A stretch of DNA of 52,892 nt from Alphaproteobacteria bacterium (GTDB lineage: Bacteria > Pseudomonadota > Alphaproteobacteria > Rickettsiales > SXRF01), in contig JAYULW010000007.1 of the NCBI GenBank assembly GCA_043763155.1, forward strand, positions 1 through 52,892, read 5' to 3'. The position numbers and the translations under genes are program-made. The notes beneath the pieces are model-generated. The model was not told where the DNA came from. It did not search any database and saw only the letters and a program-made list of their open reading frames with translations. Positions 30,026 to 39,335 of the stretch are shown here, in pieces. Numbering within the stretch: the stretch's first letter is position 1; the number at the start of each line of letters is the position of its first letter.

Positions 30026-30585
30026 CCAGATTCATTCGCAATAATTCGGGTGTGGCCATGATCGAATTCGCCGTGGCGCTTCCCTTCCTGCTGATTTTGT
30101 TTTTAGGCATGCTGGAACTTGCCAATTACACCATCCAGCACCAGAAGATTGATAAGGTCGCCAATGCCATGGCCGACTTTCTTTCGCAAGGCTCCACCGT
30201 CACCACCACCGACCTCGATGATTTCGGTCAGGCCGTGCCGCAAATCATGCGCCCCTATAATTTCAATGGTACCGTGATTTTCTCCTCGGCGGCCAACAGC
30301 GTGGTAGCCGTGGCCCCCTGCCCCGCAAACAACCCCTGCATCAACTGGCAGTACCGCATCCTCGGCACCGACGCGAGCCACATCGGCAGCACCGGCACTA
30401 TCCCCGTCATGCCCAACAACTACCCGATCATTTCCAACCAGAATGTGGTGATCGCCGAAGCGTTCCTGCACTACTCGCCGATACTAAGTATCTCCAGCAA
30501 TTTCGTGCCCGCCTTCACGCCCCAGACCATTTATAAGGTGGCCGTGTTCAAACCGCGCCAAGGCTCGCTCACCACGCTGCGCTAA
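30022..30585 (+). CDS. TadE/TadF-family pseudopilin
   Basis: SG/VAMIEFAVALP motif; ATGA overlap with the previous gene; C-terminal KPRQG. Confidence 0.88.
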   Translation: MTRFIRNNSGVAMIEFAVALPFLLILFLGMLELANYTIQHQKIDKVANAMADFLSQGSTVTTTDLDDFGQAVPQIMRPYNFNGTVIFSSAANSVVAVAPCPANNPCINWQYRILGTDASHIGSTGTIPVMPNNYPIISNQNVVIAEAFLHYSPILSISSNFVPAFTPQTIYKVAVFKPRQGSLTTLR

Positions 30586-33500
30586 GCAGCAACCCCGGTA
30601 AGCTTCACCCGCGAGAGTGCCTGCTGTTCAAGGCTGGTTTCCATGAGCTGGTAATACGCGTCTTTGGCCATACGCAGCGACATCGCATCATTGGACATCT
30701 TCTCCGGTGTCTTCGCGTTTTCCTTCATGTTTTTCACCACGCCTTCTTTGGCTTCAAACTCGCGGAAATGTTTGCTCATCTCGTCGGCCAGGCCGCGCGC
30801 ATGTTCCACCGTCGGGCGCAAATGCTCCGGAATCAGCTCAATCGGGTCACGCACCCGGAAGCTCTGCACGGGCGCATAATTGCCTTCCTTGCTCGGCCCG
30901 ATCGCAACCGCTGCGCGGATCTGCGAAAGACCGTTCACAAAATTCAGCGTCTGCTGGTGAATATTGGCAAGCGCAAGGTCCGCCGCGTCAAACTGCTTGA
31001 AATGCGTTTGTCCTTCGCTATACGCCCCCACCAGCTGCGCAAGCTCCACTTCCACGCCCTTCTTGGTCAAATGCACGCTGCCATCGTCAGCCACCCGCAT
31101 GCTCACTTCACCCTTTTCCCACACGCGTGGCAGCGTCTTGGAAGACAAGCAAGCCGTGTAGGCCGCCGCGTCGAGGTTATGCTTCACCGTGGGGTCGCCC
31201 TGATACATTTTGCTCATCAGGTTCAGGTTGGTAAGCTTACCACCCTTATCAATTTCAAACATTTCCGAAACACCCATGATGTTCGAGAAAATGCCGAACT
31301 CCTTACCCGCAAGCCCGATAGCACGAATCCCTACATAGTTGACCTTCCCGCCCTTAGAGGCCGGGCGTGCGCTGTAGTTTTCAATGAAATCTTCGCCGTA
31401 CTTGCGTAGCAGCTCTTCATAGCGCGAGTTATCGGCGTCGCCATTCTTACCCGTACCCGGCACAAGAATATCGTCGCGCGTCCCCGCGATGCGTTTGCGG
31501 ATCGCCTTCAGGCAGGCTTCCTTCAGCTGCTGCATGTTCTCCACATCCAGCTTAAACCCGTAAGGGTTGCCCAGCGCCATCGTCTCCAGCGCCACGCGCT
31601 GCGCGCCGGTCTCCGTAATACGCGCTTCCGCCTTACCTTCAGTCTCCGATGCCTGGGTCTTGGACGCAAGGCGCGTAACCGCCCGCAGCACCGATTTGAT
31701 CGCCGAGTACACACCCGTGGTAAAGGTCGTGTGCTGCCCCTGCTCGGTAATGGTGTTCACCATCGAATCCGTGCCCGTCGTGCGCGCAAGCGAGCCGCCC
31801 TGCCCTTGGTAAATCTGGTTCACGTAAAGGTATTTTTTGCCCTTCTCGTCGGCCAGCAAATGGCGCGAGGCCGCTTCATAGCTCTCCACCACGGTAATGT
31901 TATTGAGCGTTGAAGACGCGAGTGTGCCGCGCTTTGCGCTATCGCTGTTAGCCAGCATCTTGTGTGGCCCCACATACACCAGCGCGTCCTTCAGCTCCGC
32001 AATATCCATCTTGCGCATAGACATGGCGTTGTCGCTGAAGCCTTGCGAGCGCAAGAACTCATAGGCCGTCATTTCCTGGCCGTTGGTCTTCACCAGCGAC
32101 TTCTCCGAAGCCTTGCCCATGTCAATGCCCAGGGAGTTATGATACGCGGTGTTCGCAAGCTTGGTCGAAAGCATTGCAGGCGTGTTCAAAATCGCGTCCG
32201 GGTCCTCATACAGCGGCACCACGTCCACCTTCGAGCCGAGCAGGTTCTTGAAAATATTGGCCGTCAGCACGTCGTTGCTATCACGCAAAATCGCTTCCTG
32301 GCGGATGTTGGAAAGATTGCCCTGCGAAAGCATTTGGTTGGGCGGGCTGCCCGCTTCAGCGATGATCACGCGCTTAAACGCGTCATTATACAGCTTCCCG
32401 CTAATGTAAAACGGCGCCACGTCGTCAAGGAACACGCTTTCATTGACCGGCAGCTCCAGCGGAATCGCATCCGGCGACTTATGGTATTTCGGCGCCACGT
32501 TATTAGCCGTCGCCTCATAGGAGTTCTTGAGGATCTCCTTAAATTTGTCCACCAGCGTCATTTCTTCGTCGCTCAATGCCCCCGGCGTCAGCGCCCGCGA
32601 GGCCAGCCCGTCAACCACTTCCATCACCTTGCGCAGCTTCTGTTCGTCCTTGGACGTCGTCGCCCGCAGCGCGTTCATGAAGTCTTCGCCGGTGAGTTTC
32701 TCCCCCGTCTTCGACCCCGGAATCGCCATCCCGTCGAGGCTATGGTTCAGCCCCACATTGGCCAGCGTCTTCAGGAAGTAGCGCATTGCTTCCTTGTGCT
32801 GGTTGGCGTTTTCGCGGCGTTCCACCTTCATGGGGAAATCGCCCTTGGCGGCTTTAATAATAAGCCCGTCCAGCGTCGTAAGCGGGGTCTTGTCGTCAAA
32901 CGCCGACGGCATCTTCTGGAAGCTCACCTCGCCCTTGGCCTCAAGCTCCTTCAGCGTATGGGCAATGTTCAGCACTTTTTCCGAATAGTTGGTCGTAAGC
33001 GCCTCGATGGTTTCCGGCTGGTGCATCAGCATGTCATAGGCCTTGCCCGCTTTCTGGGCTGCTGCGCGCAGTTGCAGGCGTTCGTCTTCCACCTCGTCGC
33101 GCACCGGCGTTTCGCCGTGGTTTTCGGCGTAGGTTTGCAGCTTAGTCAGCGCCAGCATCACCCCGCGCGCCGAGTCGCGCACCGACTCAACAATATGTTT
33201 CTTGGTCTCCAGCTCCTCAATCAGCGTATCCACCGACTCGGCGATCTCCTGTTTGTGCGACACCCGCCCCTTCACTTTCTGAAGGTCCTGCAAAAACTGG
33301 TCCATGGCCGCGGCCTTGATACCCGGAATCGCGAAGTTATTGTCCCATGCGTGGCTGGTGCGCTTGCCGTCGCCATCGGTAAACCATGTGCTATGGTCCG
33401 ACGTCAGCTCCGAAAGCTTCTTCACCTGGTCGAAGCTTAAGGTCTGCCCCACCTTCGCGTCTACCATCCGCGCGCGTTTCAGGATAACCGATACTTCTTC

Positions 33501-34175
33501 CGTAATCCCCTCATACACGCGGGGAATCAAATCCACGGCGGCTTCATCCAGCTCATCGGCGCGGCTGCGGCCCTTGCGCGGTTTAATATAGCTAAGCGCC
33601 TGCGCGAAATCATTGCCCAGCCCGTTATCGGCGAATTGCTTGGAAAGCACCGCCTTGGCCGATTCTTCATTGCGTCCCAGCGCCTCAAGCGACTCTTGCG
33701 ACATGCCAAGGAAATGCTTCAGGATCTCCGGCGTCAGGTTCGCCAGCTCCCGTGTCTGTGAAAAATTTGGGTGCGTGGTATAGATCGTGTCCTGCGGCGA
33801 GAATTGCTGTTTCGCTTTATCCACAGCCGGGTCACCGCTCAGCAAGCGGTCATAAAATTCCCGCTCCGCCGTCCCGCTGATCACATAGCTGCCCGCCTTC
33901 GGCAAGGTGCGCACCGGCAGCCCCCCACCGCCCAAACGGCGTTTTTCCTCAGTAATTTCCGAAGCATAAGAAGAAAGGGCAAACAGCCAGTTCTTGAGGA
34001 AGATTTTCTGCCCAGCGTTTAAGTCTTTGTAATCACCACTTAAACGCTCACTGATCACCGACTCCAGCGCCTTGGCGATACGCTCAGGTGTGGGGTGTGA
34101 ACCCACATTAGGATCACGAGGCGTTACAACTGGTTCTGGATTGTTCGGTTGGGGGGTGGCAGCTTCTTGCGACAT
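30582..34175 (-). CDS. Highly diverged phosphoenolpyruvate-carboxylase-fold protein (1197 aa)
   Basis: Collinear PEPC-like motifs TTHPN, WFTDGDG, VERRENANQH, VVPLYE, ANSDSAK, YQGQGGSLAR, ITEQG, SARPASK, IRAIG. Confidence 0.75.
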   Translation of the reverse strand: MSQEAATPQPNNPEPVVTPRDPNVGSHPTPERIAKALESVISERLSGDYKDLNAGQKIFLKNWLFALSSYASEITEEKRRLGGGGLPVRTLPKAGSYVISGTAEREFYDRLLSGDPAVDKAKQQFSPQDTIYTTHPNFSQTRELANLTPEILKHFLGMSQESLEALGRNEESAKAVLSKQFADNGLGNDFAQALSYIKPRKGRSRADELDEAAVDLIPRVYEGITEEVSVILKRARMVDAKVGQTLSFDQVKKLSELTSDHSTWFTDGDGKRTSHAWDNNFAIPGIKAAAMDQFLQDLQKVKGRVSHKQEIAESVDTLIEELETKKHIVESVRDSARGVMLALTKLQTYAENHGETPVRDEVEDERLQLRAAAQKAGKAYDMLMHQPETIEALTTNYSEKVLNIAHTLKELEAKGEVSFQKMPSAFDDKTPLTTLDGLIIKAAKGDFPMKVERRENANQHKEAMRYFLKTLANVGLNHSLDGMAIPGSKTGEKLTGEDFMNALRATTSKDEQKLRKVMEVVDGLASRALTPGALSDEEMTLVDKFKEILKNSYEATANNVAPKYHKSPDAIPLELPVNESVFLDDVAPFYISGKLYNDAFKRVIIAEAGSPPNQMLSQGNLSNIRQEAILRDSNDVLTANIFKNLLGSKVDVVPLYEDPDAILNTPAMLSTKLANTAYHNSLGIDMGKASEKSLVKTNGQEMTAYEFLRSQGFSDNAMSMRKMDIAELKDALVYVGPHKMLANSDSAKRGTLASSTLNNITVVESYEAASRHLLADEKGKKYLYVNQIYQGQGGSLARTTGTDSMVNTITEQGQHTTFTTGVYSAIKSVLRAVTRLASKTQASETEGKAEARITETGAQRVALETMALGNPYGFKLDVENMQQLKEACLKAIRKRIAGTRDDILVPGTGKNGDADNSRYEELLRKYGEDFIENYSARPASKGGKVNYVGIRAIGLAGKEFGIFSNIMGVSEMFEIDKGGKLTNLNLMSKMYQGDPTVKHNLDAAAYTACLSSKTLPRVWEKGEVSMRVADDGSVHLTKKGVEVELAQLVGAYSEGQTHFKQFDAADLALANIHQQTLNFVNGLSQIRAAVAIGPSKEGNYAPVQSFRVRDPIELIPEHLRPTVEHARGLADEMSKHFREFEAKEGVVKNMKENAKTPEKMSNDAMSLRMAKDAYYQLMETSLEQQALSRVKLTGVAA

Positions 34176-34234
34176 AGGAATCCCTTAATTTTTTTTAACA
34201 TAATATAGAAAAAGAAAACCACCCACAACCGAAT

Positions 34235-34999
34235 TTAACGTACAAAAACCCAATTTTCCGCCGTGGAAAGCGCAGGCGTGAAATGGTACCCGCCAGCAGT
34301 GAACTTTTTCAAGCCCTCCACATCCATAAGCTGCTGTTTAATAACATAATCATCCATCATCCCCCGTGCTTTCTTCGCATGGATGCCAATAATCTTCAAC
34401 GCACCCTTCTGTTTTTCCTTAAACACAATGTGAATGAGTCGTCCGTCGAGCAGTTTGGGTTTCACCGAATGGAAATATTCCTCCGATGCCAGGTTCACCA
34501 AAACGCCCCCCTTCACCTTCGCCAGATCGTCGTTCAAAAACCCGGTAATTTTGTCTCCCCAAAACTGGTAAAGGTCTTTCGCCTTTTTCACTTTGAGCGA
34601 CGTCCCCATCTCCAGCCGGTACGCCTGCATCAAATCCAGAGGCCTTAACACGCCGTATAATCCCGACAGGATTCGCACATGTTCTTGCGCGAATGTTAAC
34701 TCCTTCTTGGAATAGCCGGATATATCCATTGGCGCATACACATCCCCCTTGAATGTGAACAAGACAGGCCGGGCATTATTCCGTGTAAACGGCGTAGCAA
34801 AATTTTCAAATCTTGCCACATTCATAGCCGATAATTTATCACTTATTCCCATAAGTTGTGAAAGTTTTGCACTGGAATAATTCCGCAAAATTTTTACCAG
34901 CTCCCCCGCCTCTCCCAGCCCCCGCGGCTGCGTCACGGATACATCCGGCAACACACTCTCCAAATCCAGCGTTTTCGACGGCGATAACACCAATAACAT
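34235..34999 (-). CDS. yaaA: Peroxide-stress DNA-binding protein YaaA (DUF328)
   Basis: LSPSKTLD, FKGDVY, ILSGLYGVLRPLDLMQAYRLEMG, VNLASEEY, AKKARG. Confidence 0.95.
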   Translation of the reverse strand: MLLVLSPSKTLDLESVLPDVSVTQPRGLGEAGELVKILRNYSSAKLSQLMGISDKLSAMNVARFENFATPFTRNNARPVLFTFKGDVYAPMDISGYSKKELTFAQEHVRILSGLYGVLRPLDLMQAYRLEMGTSLKVKKAKDLYQFWGDKITGFLNDDLAKVKGGVLVNLASEEYFHSVKPKLLDGRLIHIVFKEKQKGALKIIGIHAKKARGMMDDYVIKQQLMDVEGLKKFTAGGYHFTPALSTAENWVFVR

Positions 35000-35692
35000 A
35001 TTATATTTCCTTATAAATATGACAAAAAATACTCAAAAAACCTAAAAACGCACCAAAATCGTAAATTTTAGCTCCAAAATCAACCATAATTTACCATTTC
35101 ACCCATTAACGCTACAATCCTCTTTACCACCCATCCCTTAACAAAACTGCATTAACCATGCCCCTTCAAAAACCCAGCTACCTTTTCCCTCAACACCTCA
35201 AAAACATAGCTTCAAACATATATTTTTTCCTCAAAAATTAATTTTAAAAAATAACCATAAAAATCATAAATTTATTTAGTCTGACAAAGCTAAAACAAAG
35301 TTGATTTCGGAAACGTAACTGAACAGGAAAAATCTATATTTTTTCGTTCCGCTTCCCAAAATACCTTAGCCCCTCTCCCTACACCGTCAAAATCATTAAT
35401 ACCCCACTAAACCACCCTATTTCCTATCCGCCACAGCAATCATGCAAAACTTATTTTCTCAAAAACCAAACCGACTCATTAAAAAAGTAAAGACTATTCC
35501 TGATTTCAAACCACAATTCCCTAACGCAAAAACCGCGCAAACCCGCTTCCAGCCTCAATCGCGCGCGAAAAAGCTTCCCGGCCCCAAAAATCAGGAATCC
35601 AAACAATAAACTGAAAATAAAATGAAAAATGCACAAAAATAGTGCAATCATTCCGGCTATTTTGGCCCGATCCTGCGTGCGCAGGGGCCATA
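35000..35692. other. ~690-bp AT-rich, G-poor intergenic region
   Basis: Far more AT-rich than the flanks, with A-runs and several TTAA/TTAAC motifs; no convincing ORF. Confidence 0.7.
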
Positions 35693-36499
35693 TTAGCGCG
35701 CTCCAAGTGCCTTAGGCAGCTGGATGGCCTCACAGGAAACTGCAAGCCCCGTAGCGTCATCGGTTTCCACCAGCAGGCCGCACAGCGTCCCCGGACCGCT
35801 CGCCGGTTCCAGCCGGATCTTTGTCATCTTAGTCAGGAACCGCTCCAGCGGGGCCTCGTTTTTGAACCCGATCACTCCCTGGTAATCGCCGCACATGCCC
35901 GCATCGGTCTGGTAACCGGTTTTCTTGGGCAAAATCCGGGCATCTTGTGTCGGCACATGCGTGTGGCTACCCACCACCATGCTCACCCGCCCGTCAAGAT
36001 ACTGACCCATAGCCATTTTTTCTGAAGTCGCCTCCGCGTGCATGTCCACGATGATGGCTTGCACCCCACCGCCCAGCTTCGCGTTCTGCAAAATCCGGTC
36101 GGCACAGGCAAAAGGACATTCGGCATGCTCCTTATGGAACACCTGCCCTAGCAGATGAAGCACCATCACCTTCTTACCTGTGACAGTCGTATAAATCCCG
36201 TGCCCCGTCCCTGGGGTCCGTTCGGGAAAATTCTGGGGCCGCAGCAACCGTTTTTCGGACGCTAAGTACGGCACAATATCTTTCTGGTCCCAGATATGGT
36301 CCCCCCCGGTCACCACATTGGCCCCGGCCTCAAAAAAATCTTTGCACAACGCGGGCGTAATCCCAAAACCCGCCGCCGCGTTATCGCCATTGACCACAAT
36401 GAAATCCAGCCCCCATTCGCGCCTGAGCTTGGGCAAATGCTCCACCACCACGTCGCGGCCCGCACGCCCCACCACATCACCACAGAAAAATAACTTCAT
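35693..36499 (-). CDS. ymdB: YmdB-like (TIGR00282-type) metallophosphoesterase
   Basis: GDVVG, VNGDNAAAGFG, TGGDHIWD, DMHAEATSEK, GSHTHVPT. Confidence 0.93.
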   Translation of the reverse strand: MKLFFCGDVVGRAGRDVVVEHLPKLRREWGLDFIVVNGDNAAAGFGITPALCKDFFEAGANVVTGGDHIWDQKDIVPYLASEKRLLRPQNFPERTPGTGHGIYTTVTGKKVMVLHLLGQVFHKEHAECPFACADRILQNAKLGGGVQAIIVDMHAEATSEKMAMGQYLDGRVSMVVGSHTHVPTQDARILPKKTGYQTDAGMCGDYQGVIGFKNEAPLERFLTKMTKIRLEPASGPGTLCGLLVETDDATGLAVSCEAIQLPKALGAR

Positions 36500-37077
36500 A
36501 TTCCAGCACCTTGATCAAAACGGATGATTTCTTTATCGGTCACAATCATATCCATCTTCTGGTCGTGCGCGCCCGTGGGAATGGCCTCCACCTCTTGCTG
36601 GCTGTACCCAACCCCCACCACCTGCACCGGTTCCCCCATGGCTTTCAGCCGTGCAATGGTCCGGTCATAATACCCCGCCCCATACCCCAGCCGATGCCCC
36701 GCCCGGTCAAACGCCACCAGCGGCACCAAAATCACTCCCGGCCTGAACACCGGAACCCCCGCCGGAGGAATGGGAATACCATACCGGCCTTTTTCCAGTT
36801 CTTCCCCCAAGCGCCACCGCCGGAAATAAAGCGGCTTATCGGCCGCCTCAATCACCGGCAAACATAAACTCTGCCCGCGCTCGGCCAGCAGCTGCATGGC
36901 GGGCTGCACATCCAGCTCGCCGCGAAACGGAACATACCCCGCAACCACCGCCTGTGGCGGCGCCGCCTGCAAAAGCGCCTGCGCGCACAGCTCCGCCGCG
37001 CGCAGGCGAACCTCAGGGCGAATGCGCTCCCGCGTCGCAAGATACTCAATTCGAATAGTATTTTTATCAGTCTGCAA
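36496..37077 (-). CDS. ygfA: 5-formyltetrahydrofolate cyclo-ligase
   Basis: LVPLVAFDRAGHRLGYGAGYYDRT; lies downstream of 6S RNA; TTG start. Confidence 0.93.
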   Translation of the reverse strand: MQTDKNTIRIEYLATRERIRPEVRLRAAELCAQALLQAAPPQAVVAGYVPFRGELDVQPAMQLLAERGQSLCLPVIEAADKPLYFRRWRLGEELEKGRYGIPIPPAGVPVFRPGVILVPLVAFDRAGHRLGYGAGYYDRTIARLKAMGEPVQVVGVGYSQQEVEAIPTGAHDQKMDMIVTDKEIIRFDQGAGI

Positions 37078-37182
37078 ACGAAAAATCTTCCTGCCCAGTC
37101 AAAAACACGGGCCAGCATAGCAAGGAATTGCCCGGATACGAGCAAAAAACCTTGAAACTGCTATGGAGGGGGGCAAAGGTGA

Positions 37183-37350
37183 GGTGAACGGAACCACCAT
37201 GGCCGTCGGTTGAACAAGTCGCATTCGACCCGTAAGTTCAGGTGGGCGCCATATGTGCAAGGACAGGTCCCGGCCAGTGACAGCTCCCAAAAGATAAGAG
37301 TATCGGTCCAAGGAACAATGTACCTAACGTACCGAGCAGAACCGTTCAGC
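37183..37350 (-). ncRNA. ssrS: 6S RNA
   Basis: zapA-ssrS-ygfA synteny; alpha-type core CCGATAC...GGGAGCTGTC.CTGGCCGGG...ATGGCGCCCACC...ACGGCCATGGTGGTTCC; terminal stem TGAACGG (37348-37342) pairs with CCGTTCA (37191-37185); ends approximate. Confidence 0.88.
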
Positions 37351-37357
37351 TAGGATA

Positions 37358-37735
37358 CTAGCGTATTTCCACCTGATCTGCAATCTTTTCGATACGCTGC
37401 GCGATTTCTTCAAGCGTGGTGGCCATGGCGTGTTCAATTTCCACCATCCGCTCTTCCTGCCCTAGCTTCTTATCGTCGCCCACAAGGCTTGCAAGCCGCT
37501 GTACTTCCTCGGTAATTTCTTGGTTTTCGCGCTTATTCTCCACCACCTCATCGGCCATCATCAGCGCCGCCATCAGCAGCGCCATGCCTTCGCCGGGGTT
37601 CGTGCCCATGCCGCGCACCAGCGCCCGTATCCGGTCGTCAATTTCGTCAGCCAGCATCCGCAGATGGTCTTCCTGCCCGTCATCGCAAGCAACGTCATAT
37701 TGCCGGGCATTAATCCGCAGACTTACTAAAGCCAT
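37358..37735 (-). CDS. zapA: Cell division protein ZapA
   Basis: INARQYDVACDDGQEDHL, LLMAALMMADE, coiled-coil tail; start at ATG 37735. Confidence 0.93.
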   Translation of the reverse strand: MALVSLRINARQYDVACDDGQEDHLRMLADEIDDRIRALVRGMGTNPGEGMALLMAALMMADEVVENKRENQEITEEVQRLASLVGDDKKLGQEERMVEIEHAMATTLEEIAQRIEKIADQVEIR

Positions 37736-37873
37736 AAAATCCTTAGAATTTTTAGTTATTGTTGAGCAGCTTAATGCACCACCGTGCAACAATGCAACGA
37801 AAATATCTGCTTACGGGGTAATTGTCACAATTCTTTAAACCAATAACCCCCTTTTTCCAGCTACAGTAATACC

Positions 37874-39334
37874 ATGGCCGAAACAACCGAACTACGCACC
37901 AAGATCAGCACGCAGGTAATGGACACCGCCAAAGACCAGGTGGCCCGTAAGCTCATCCAGAATTGGGATAACCTGACCCAGGTCATGCCCACCCTTCCTG
38001 CCAAGCCCCCCACCGCCGCCGAAATGATGGGCGACCCCAAAGCCCCCGAAGGCAGCCTCGCCCGCATGGGTATCGCAGGCCAGCTGATCATGAACCGCGA
38101 AACCAAAATCGGTGGTGTGGATTTAAAGCTCGAAAAGCTCGATGAAACGCTCGACGAATACGTCAAAAATTTTAGCGCCGCCATTCCCGGCCTGGAGAAT
38201 ATGCGCAACTCCATCGGCAGGGTGCAGGAAATCATCCCCACTAAAGACGCCCTGAACGAAATCACCGATGCCACCATGCGCGGTGTGCAAAGCCAGCAGG
38301 GCACCGGCAACAAGATCATGAGCTTTCTCTCGGCAGCCTTCAGCTGGATCGTCTCGCTCATCTCCTCCCTCTTCACGGGCGAAAAAGCCCTGAGCTTCTC
38401 CGAAGCCATGGCCCAAACCGCCGCCCCCGGTGTGCGCGACGCCGTCAAAGGCGAACTTCAGGCCCTCGCCAACGACCCCACCAAAAAATCCTCAAAGCTT
38501 TTAAAGCTGCAGGATGCCAACGGCAAAAGCGCCATAGATACTATCGGCGATAGGGCCTACAGCGAAACCTACACGGAGCTGGGCGCAACCCCGCCCGCAC
38601 CCGCTAAAGGCGCCGTGCAGCTCCCCAAACTCGAAGATGTCAAACCCGAAGCCTTCGACCGCGGCATGGTGCGCTCCATCATCGTAGACCAGATCAAAAA
38701 CCCGCCGCCCGTCAAAGGCGTGGCCCAGCCCACCCTTAGCGACCAGATTTTCAAAGAGCTGCAAACCGGCCGCGACGCCATGAAAAAAGACGCGAATATC
38801 GTTGTGCGCTTCTTTATGCCGACCGACGTAAAACTCAAATTGGCCGCCGACAAAATGGCCAATAATATCGCAAACACCGTCAGCGACCGCCTGTCCGACC
38901 CCGCCTTCGCCAAAAAGGTGGTTTCCGGCGGCAAGGATGGCAACGCGCTGGGCAAAGAAGAATTCGGCAAGCTCATGGCCGACGAGGTCGTCGCCGAAAT
39001 GAAAAAAGCAGTGGCCGACGGAACCCTCACCTTACCCATGGACCTCGATGGCAAAACCAAAGACGCCAAGGGCAAAGAAACGACCTTCGGTGATATAATG
39101 AAAACCCAGATCGCAGCCCAGGTGGGCGAGCGCTATGAAGAAATGAAGCCCGCCCTGCTCGTCATCGGCGCGCAGGAACCCGTAAAAGTCACCAGCACCG
39201 CCAAAACGCCCGGCACGCTTGTAAGCCGCATAGATGTGGGCGTAACCGGTGGCCGCGAAACCAGCCACAAAGACCTCGGCGGCTTCGCCCCCCAAGGCAG
39301 CGCCGGCACCGGCCGCGGCATGGAACTTACCTAA
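37874..39334 (+). CDS. Hypothetical 486-aa orphan protein with amphipathic helix
   Basis: Long ORF with host-like codon use; KIMSFLSAAFSWIVSLISSLF segment; Gly-rich tail ending GTGRGMELT. Confidence 0.82.
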   Translation: MAETTELRTKISTQVMDTAKDQVARKLIQNWDNLTQVMPTLPAKPPTAAEMMGDPKAPEGSLARMGIAGQLIMNRETKIGGVDLKLEKLDETLDEYVKNFSAAIPGLENMRNSIGRVQEIIPTKDALNEITDATMRGVQSQQGTGNKIMSFLSAAFSWIVSLISSLFTGEKALSFSEAMAQTAAPGVRDAVKGELQALANDPTKKSSKLLKLQDANGKSAIDTIGDRAYSETYTELGATPPAPAKGAVQLPKLEDVKPEAFDRGMVRSIIVDQIKNPPPVKGVAQPTLSDQIFKELQTGRDAMKKDANIVVRFFMPTDVKLKLAADKMANNIANTVSDRLSDPAFAKKVVSGGKDGNALGKEEFGKLMADEVVAEMKKAVADGTLTLPMDLDGKTKDAKGKETTFGDIMKTQIAAQVGERYEEMKPALLVIGAQEPVKVTSTAKTPGTLVSRIDVGVTGGRETSHKDLGGFAPQGSAGTGRGMELT

Positions 39335-39335
39335 C

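Noticed and set aside
31962-33440. 492-aa plus-strand ORF
   Set aside because: Antisense shadow of the PEPC-like gene; no motifs and rich in His/Arg/Leu as typical of reverse frames
33817-33825. Perfect DnaA box TTATCCACA
   Set aside because: Single copy inside a coding sequence; expected by chance
30582-34175. Calling the gene ppc
   Set aside because: Key residues differ (HGRGG to QGQGG, RAIPW to RAIGL, no C-terminal RNTG motif), so a canonical symbol is not justified
35442-35651. Small ORFs in the AT-rich gap (55 aa plus strand 35442-35609; 66 aa minus strand 35451-35651)
   Set aside because: No SD, composition mirrors the A-run bias, and they overlap each other
35000-35692. oriC candidate (AT-rich, a few kb from the rpmH-rnpA-yidC cluster)
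   Set aside because: No TTATCCACA-type DnaA boxes seen in it, no hemE/dnaA/parAB neighbours, and the C-rich plus-strand bias continues on both sides
37099-37311. 70-aa ORF between zapA and ygfA
   Set aside because: Overlaps the 6S RNA, which explains the sequence
37820-37832. Palindrome AATTGT-C-ACAATT between zapA and the orphan gene
   Set aside because: Only 6-bp arms in AT-rich DNA and a single occurrence; cannot be distinguished from chance
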